From contig CP070727.1 in the NCBI GenBank assembly GCA_020350885.1, forward strand, positions 757,007 through 821,006: a stretch of DNA of 64,000 nucleotides, read 5' to 3'. The stretch is from a bacterium (lineage in GTDB: Bacteria; Krumholzibacteriota; Krumholzibacteriia; Krumholzibacteriales; Krumholzibacteriaceae). Of the stretch, positions 59,503 through 64,000 are shown one piece after another; positions within the stretch are counted from its first letter, which is position 1, and each line of letters starts with the position of its first letter. The notes beneath the pieces are model-generated. The model saw only the letters and a program-made list of their open reading frames with translations, was not told where the DNA came from and ran no database searches. Both the position numbers and the translations under genes were made by a program.

Positions 59503-60462
59503 GTGGTAAGTATGGATCTTATAAAGCGCTTGGGACCGATGGCACTTGGGAGCCGCCTGAAGCGTCTCACTATCCGAATGAACAAAGACATCTCACGCCT
59601 CTACCGGGAGCTTGGGATAGAGTTCGAAGCACGCTGGTTCCCGGTCGCATATCTCTTAAGGCAGCAGTCTCCACTATCAATTTCCGAGATTGCTGATGAG
59701 CTCAACTACAGTCACACTGCGATCAAGAACTTCACCAACGAGATGCTCCAGAAGGGTCTTCTCGAATCCAACCGGGACCCTTCCGATAGACGCAGGCGAC
59801 TCCTGCAACTTTCCAGGATGGGGCGACATGCCGTGGACCGAATGGTCCCCGTGTGGCGAGAAGTACGCGCCGTAGCAGGCAACCTGGTTGAATCCTCAGA
59901 ACCCAACCTGCTCGCCTCTATCGAGGGCATCGAGCAACAACTTGATCAGAAGGAGATGTACCCCAGGATTCGTGAACGCCTGAGACCGCGGCTTCTCGAG
60001 GCAATCGAGATACTGGACTACCGTCCGGCATACAAGAAGTATTTCTGGTCTCTCAACTATGAGTGGTTGAAGAAATACTTCCGTGTGGAGCGTGCCGACG
60101 AAAAGCCGCTTTCGGATCCCAAGGGGCAGATCATCAACAGGGGAGGTGTTGTACTCTATGCTAGACTTGACGGCCAGGTGGTCGGGACTGCGGCACTCGT
60201 GCGCCACGAAGATAACGTATTCGAGCTCACGAAGATGGCGGTTACCGCGACCGCCCGCCGGCGAATGGTCGGTACAAAGCTTACTCTGGCAATCATCGAG
60301 CGGGCAAAATCATGTGGCGCAGAGCGCTTGTTTCTCGAAACGCACCCAAAGCTCAAACCGGCACAGAGATTATACGAAAAAATCGGCTTTGAGAGGATTG
60401 ATGAAAGCCCCATCCCACCGGTTTTCGATCGGCGCAGGATTATCATGAAAATCGAACTTTGA
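59503..60462 (+). CDS. Bifunctional MarR wHTH-GNAT acetyltransferase
   Basis: ALGSRLKRL, SISEIA..L.YSHTA, DRRRRLLQLS; LNYEW, ELTKMAV; start 59503 or 59512. Confidence 0.9.
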   Translation: MVSMDLIKRLGPMALGSRLKRLTIRMNKDISRLYRELGIEFEARWFPVAYLLRQQSPLSISEIADELNYSHTAIKNFTNEMLQKGLLESNRDPSDRRRRLLQLSRMGRHAVDRMVPVWREVRAVAGNLVESSEPNLLASIEGIEQQLDQKEMYPRIRERLRPRLLEAIEILDYRPAYKKYFWSLNYEWLKKYFRVERADEKPLSDPKGQIINRGGVVLYARLDGQVVGTAALVRHEDNVFELTKMAVTATARRRMVGTKLTLAIIERAKSCGAERLFLETHPKLKPAQRLYEKIGFERIDESPIPPVFDRRRIIMKIEL

Positions 60463-60493
60463 TCCGGATCGCTGTCCAAAAGGGGGTGTCGTT

Positions 60494-61963
60494 GTGAAAA
60501 CACGATTGATTCTCGCTACCTTATTAGCTTCCTTCACCGTTATAGGCTTAAACGGTTTCCTCACCAAACCGGTTTTTGGTGAAAAGGATTTACAGGAAAA
60601 AATCGATGAAATCGCCGAGGCCGAGGCAAAGTACGACCTCTTCTCGGGATCCGTGCTCGTTGCGAAGAATGGGGAGACTATCTATGCCAAGGGATTCGGG
60701 TATGCAAACAAAGAGTACCGTATCCCGAATTCACCCGAAACACAGTTCAATATCAGCTCTGTCCAGAAGACATTCATCGCAATGATGATCATGCAGCTCT
60801 ACCAGGAAGGTAAACTCGACCTGGCAGATCCCCTGGCGAAGTATTTTCCCGATTGTCCTTATAGCACTGCCGGCAAGATAGAGATCAAACACCTGCTCAA
60901 CCATACATCCGGTCTCGGCGGTTACAGAGATAACGAAGAATACCAGGCACAATCAGAAAACTACACATGCATCGACGACGTCCTTCCCCTTGTCTATAAG
61001 CAGGAGCCCGCTTTTGCCCCGGGTGAACGGTTCAGATATTCCAATGCCGGTGTGCTCTTTCTCAAGGCCATCATCGAAAGAATCGAAGGGAAAAAATTGA
61101 AGCAGGTTCTCGATGAACGGATTCTGCAGCCACTGGGGATGGACCTCACAACATTTTTTCGCGGTGGGGAGCTTCTCCCTCACCGTGCAACGGCGTATTC
61201 GCTCGCAGAAGACGGTGAAACCTACCTCCGTGTCCTATCAGAGCCGTCAGCCTATGCTGGAGGCGGTATCTATACGACCGCTTTTGATCTGCTCAAGTTC
61301 GACCAGGCGCTGTACGGAGAAGAGCTACTCAGCGAGAAGAACAAGAAGATCATGTTCACACCTGTCGAAGCGAGCCCGCATTATGCGTACGGCTGGGTCG
61401 TCGTCCCGTTCGGGGGTACGACGGTTATCTATCACGGTGGGAGCTCGGGAGGTTTCAATTCCGAATTCAGACGGTATCCGGAGATCGGCTATACCGTGAT
61501 CGTGCTGTCCAATTACGAGGGCGCCGCATTCGAACTGGCAAACAAGATCGATCGTATGCTTCTGGGATTACCGTACTCGCTGGCGACCGAATCCGATTTA
61601 TACTACCAGCGGGGCATATATTTCCAGAGACGCGATAACTACCACAAAGCGATTGAATTCCTTGAAAAAAACACAGCCCGAGCCGAGCCGCACCTGCCTT
61701 CGCTCTACCAGTCGGCACGCTCCCGTATCATGGGTGAGTTTGACCAGGAGAAGGCTATCGAGCAACTAGACCTGTATATCAAGCTTGCCGATGAGTCGAC
61801 GCGGCCATCCGCCGCGGCTGCCTGGTGGCGCAAAGGAGTCGCGTACGAGCAACTCGGGACGTTACAGAAAGCGATCGAGTGCCATAAAAAATGCCTAGAG
61901 CTGGATCCGGGCTTCGAGGATGCAATAGAAGCGCTCAAGCGACTCGAGACCGAGGAACAGTGA
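60494..61963 (+). CDS. Serine hydrolase (class C beta-lactamase/PBP-like) with C-terminal TPR
   Basis: FSGSVLVA, SxxK (SVQK), LLNHTSG, YSN, HGG; TPR tail. Confidence 0.88.
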   Translation: MKTRLILATLLASFTVIGLNGFLTKPVFGEKDLQEKIDEIAEAEAKYDLFSGSVLVAKNGETIYAKGFGYANKEYRIPNSPETQFNISSVQKTFIAMMIMQLYQEGKLDLADPLAKYFPDCPYSTAGKIEIKHLLNHTSGLGGYRDNEEYQAQSENYTCIDDVLPLVYKQEPAFAPGERFRYSNAGVLFLKAIIERIEGKKLKQVLDERILQPLGMDLTTFFRGGELLPHRATAYSLAEDGETYLRVLSEPSAYAGGGIYTTAFDLLKFDQALYGEELLSEKNKKIMFTPVEASPHYAYGWVVVPFGGTTVIYHGGSSGGFNSEFRRYPEIGYTVIVLSNYEGAAFELANKIDRMLLGLPYSLATESDLYYQRGIYFQRRDNYHKAIEFLEKNTARAEPHLPSLYQSARSRIMGEFDQEKAIEQLDLYIKLADESTRPSAAAAWWRKGVAYEQLGTLQKAIECHKKCLELDPGFEDAIEALKRLETEEQ

Positions 61964-62019
61964 TTGGTGGTGGCAGTGGTCACACTCCGGCGCCCATCAA
62001 CCGGGCTTCATGGATAAGA

Positions 62020-62047
62020 TAGTAGCGGCGGGAATCGAACGCGCGTC
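62020..62047 (-). other. tmRNA/tRNA 3'-end-like remnant (possible att-site scar)
   Basis: Minus strand GACGCGCGTTCGATTCCCGCCGCTACTA: T-loop TTCGATT in a stem one substitution from perfect. Confidence 0.45.
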
Positions 62048-62090
62048 AACAAGTACTTTCACAACAAGCTACTTTCGATGCCGGTTTGAT

Positions 62091-62792
62091 TCATGGGAAC
62101 TCGAGAGATGCGGCATCGGATGAACCGATCTCGTCACCCTGCTCGAGGGCGACGACGCGCCAGATCAGCTTGGCTGGTAATTGGGCTGGAAACATTGATC
62201 GGCCAACAATCAGTGCGGTTTCGTTTGTCGGCTCGAGGCGGACGATTTCGTTGAGGTTCCTGTCATAGAAACGCACCTGGTACGCGTCGGCGCCGGCCAT
62301 CGGCGTCCATTCCAGACGGACGCCTTCTCCGGATATCCTCTGTGGTGTACTCAACGTGAGTGGTTGCGAAACTTCGGCTTGCGACGGGCCCCGCAGCACG
62401 GTCTTATCGGGCGTCCACGGGTGCCACCATAACACGCCGTATACGCCGGCTGCGATGATCACCAATAGTGCGGCAACCCACGCCGGACGTAAGTAGAACG
62501 TTTTCATGATTCGCGGTAAAAAATCCTTCCAGGCATGATCCTTTGTGCCGGCTGCATCCCGGACCTCCTCCCGTAGCACTCCGATCTCCGACGCCAGGAA
62601 TGCCGTGAGGCGGGCATCGGCTTCATCCGGATCCGAACCGGCGGTGATTTCCTCATTCAAGAACCCCTGATAAGACGCCAGAATGGCGCTGCAGCGCGGA
62701 CACGCTTCTACGTGACGGCGCGTGGAATCGTCGGCCGGAAGCTCGAGCACTTCCGAAATTCGCTTGACCTCGATACAATCCTTACTCATCAC
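62091..62792 (-). CDS. Membrane anti-sigma factor (ZAS-TM-Ig-like), paralog of 38715-39434
   Basis: HVEACPRC; TM WVAALLVIIAAGVYGVLWW; overlaps the sigma stop. Confidence 0.82.
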   Translation of the reverse strand: MMSKDCIEVKRISEVLELPADDSTRRHVEACPRCSAILASYQGFLNEEITAGSDPDEADARLTAFLASEIGVLREEVRDAAGTKDHAWKDFLPRIMKTFYLRPAWVAALLVIIAAGVYGVLWWHPWTPDKTVLRGPSQAEVSQPLTLSTPQRISGEGVRLEWTPMAGADAYQVRFYDRNLNEIVRLEPTNETALIVGRSMFPAQLPAKLIWRVVALEQGDEIGSSDAASLEFP

Positions 62793-63381
62793 CAGACTCC
62801 TTCAATGCGTTCCTGAGTTTTCTCCGCGCTTTCTGTAATAATCCCCGCGCCCCCGAAGCGGATTCGATTCCGAGAACCCAGGTGATCTCGTCAATCGGCA
62901 TGCGTTCGAAACATCGCAACCAGATTGCTCTCTGCTCTTCCGGTTCCAATGTCGTGCGTATCAGCGTATATATCCGCTCTTCGTATTCGCGTTCCTCCAG
63001 CCGCCTGACGGGATCGGGATTCGGTGCCTGGACAGTGTCGAAGTCGGCCTCGCCTTCCTCGAAAAGGGATACACGGTGCATCTCATTCAAGCAGCGGTTT
63101 CGTGCGATCGCGAACAGCCACGTTGAAAATTTAGACTTGCCGCCGAATGAATCGAGCGCTCTCCAAGCGCGCAGCAATACCTCCTGACTCATGTCGAGGG
63201 CCCGTTCGTGGTCCCTGACATAACGATAGCACCACAGGTATACCGCTCTCTGATAGCGGCCGAGCAGTTCCGCACCGGCCGCCCGGCCTGCTTCGGATTC
63301 AACCAACGACTGTACGATCCGAGCCAGCGCTTCGTCGGTCAAATCCGGGTGCCCTCTGTTTCTATCGGACATATTCATCAA
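62782..63381 (-). CDS. ECF sigma-70 factor, same subgroup as 39427-40014
   Basis: YLWCY, DMSQEV, FSTWLF.IARNRC, GARGLLQKARRK. Confidence 0.93.
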   Translation of the reverse strand: MMNMSDRNRGHPDLTDEALARIVQSLVESEAGRAAGAELLGRYQRAVYLWCYRYVRDHERALDMSQEVLLRAWRALDSFGGKSKFSTWLFAIARNRCLNEMHRVSLFEEGEADFDTVQAPNPDPVRRLEEREYEERIYTLIRTTLEPEEQRAIWLRCFERMPIDEITWVLGIESASGARGLLQKARRKLRNALKESGDE

Positions 63382-63388
63382 AGAAGAA

Positions 63389-64000
63389 TCACGCAGCCGG
63401 GACAGTTTTTTTCATTTTTTTATGTCGAAGCCAAAACGCGAAACCCACAAACACCACCACGGCTCCCACTCCTGCCAGCCATAACGGATTATAATTGCTT
63501 GCCTCGGCGACTTCCAGCTCGACACTTATGTTGCCGTCTCCCACCGCCACGAAACCCGCCCAGTAAAACGGATGACGGGTTTTGCGCCGGGACCGGATAG
63601 CGATCTGCGCTTCCCGAAGCGCCGCCGCCGCTGGCCGGCCCGCATCCAGCGATTGATAAAATATCTTCATCAGGTCCGATGTCACCAGATCGTCCACCGG
63701 CCACAAGGTCGCCACCGTCACGGGAACTCCTGCACTTAGAAAGGCAGAGGTCAATCCACTCAAGCCTTCTCCGACACTCAACCGCCCCAATGCGGATTCG
63801 CAGCCGGACAGCACCACCATCTTTGCACGTATCCGGCTGCCGGCAATATCATTCGCACGAATGTAAGGATCGAGCTGGATGTCGGACGGACCAAGTTCAT
63901 CTCGTTCCGGTGCCGATCTCGAATCGCCGTCATCGACCCTCATAATATCCGTTCGTGCCCTCTGGCCCGATTGCGCCGGAGGCTCTCCCAGGAGGATGCC
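63389..64000 (-). CDS. C-terminal part of a CHAT protease with a C-terminal TM anchor (5' end outside the window)
   Basis: Frame open to 64000; VVLSGCES, GEGLSGL..AFL.AG, TLWPVDD, HPFYWAGFV.VGD; then WLAGVGAVVVFVGFAFWL-RHKKMKK. Confidence 0.9.
   Translation of the reverse strand, partial: GILLGEPPAQSGQRARTDIMRVDDGDSRSAPERDELGPSDIQLDPYIRANDIAGSRIRAKMVVLSGCESALGRLSVGEGLSGLTSAFLSAGVPVTVATLWPVDDLVTSDLMKIFYQSLDAGRPAAAALREAQIAIRSRRKTRHPFYWAGFVAVGDGNISVELEVAEASNYNPLWLAGVGAVVVFVGFAFWLRHKKMKKTVPAA

Noticed and set aside
60494-61963. Bona fide beta-lactam resistance gene
   Set aside because: SxxK/YxN serine hydrolases with TPR tails are a broad family of peptidases and esterases; activity cannot be inferred from the motifs
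1-64000. Genome-wide reassignment of TAG to a sense codon
   Set aside because: Core genes contain no internal TAG, and several genes end at TAG exactly where their families end (STAS, sigma 39427, kinase); only occasional readthrough remains possible

Overview
64 kb of a GC-rich, diderm-type bacterial chromosome. The inferred source is an FCB-adjacent candidate lineage such as Krumholzibacteriota or Latescibacterota, judged from the many secreted proteins with NYPNPFNP FlgD/Por-type tails and an SWGxIK terminus. From 1 to about 19.5 kb there is a partial FG-GAP/Ig repeat protein, tRNA-Val and a minus-strand housekeeping run: yggS-yggT-divIVA-DUF167-PNP-ileS-dksA-lspA-rluD-STAS-RsbW-PP2C-ruvX-mltG-larE. 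From 19.5 to 54.5 kb there are secreted enzymes (S8-PKD protease, multidomain GH57), transport and peptidase genes, dinB, an SDR and a Ser/Thr kinase. From 54.6 to 59.1 kb there is an AT-richer run of co-oriented genes separated by eroded attC-like sites with no integrase. The best candidate for an undescribed system is a three-gene module present twice (38.7-43.8 kb and 62.1->64 kb): an exported TPR-CHAT caspase-like protease, an ECF sigma factor, and a ZAS-TM-Ig anti-sigma that carries a conserved [ML]RG motif just outside the membrane. Other notable items are two genes each broken by a single in-frame TAG, an IleRS2 with a GVHH signature, a tmRNA-like 3' end remnant, a triplicated 46-bp promoter unit and a DivIVA with a long repeat-containing tail. 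All family calls come from motif recognition by eye; no database searches were run.
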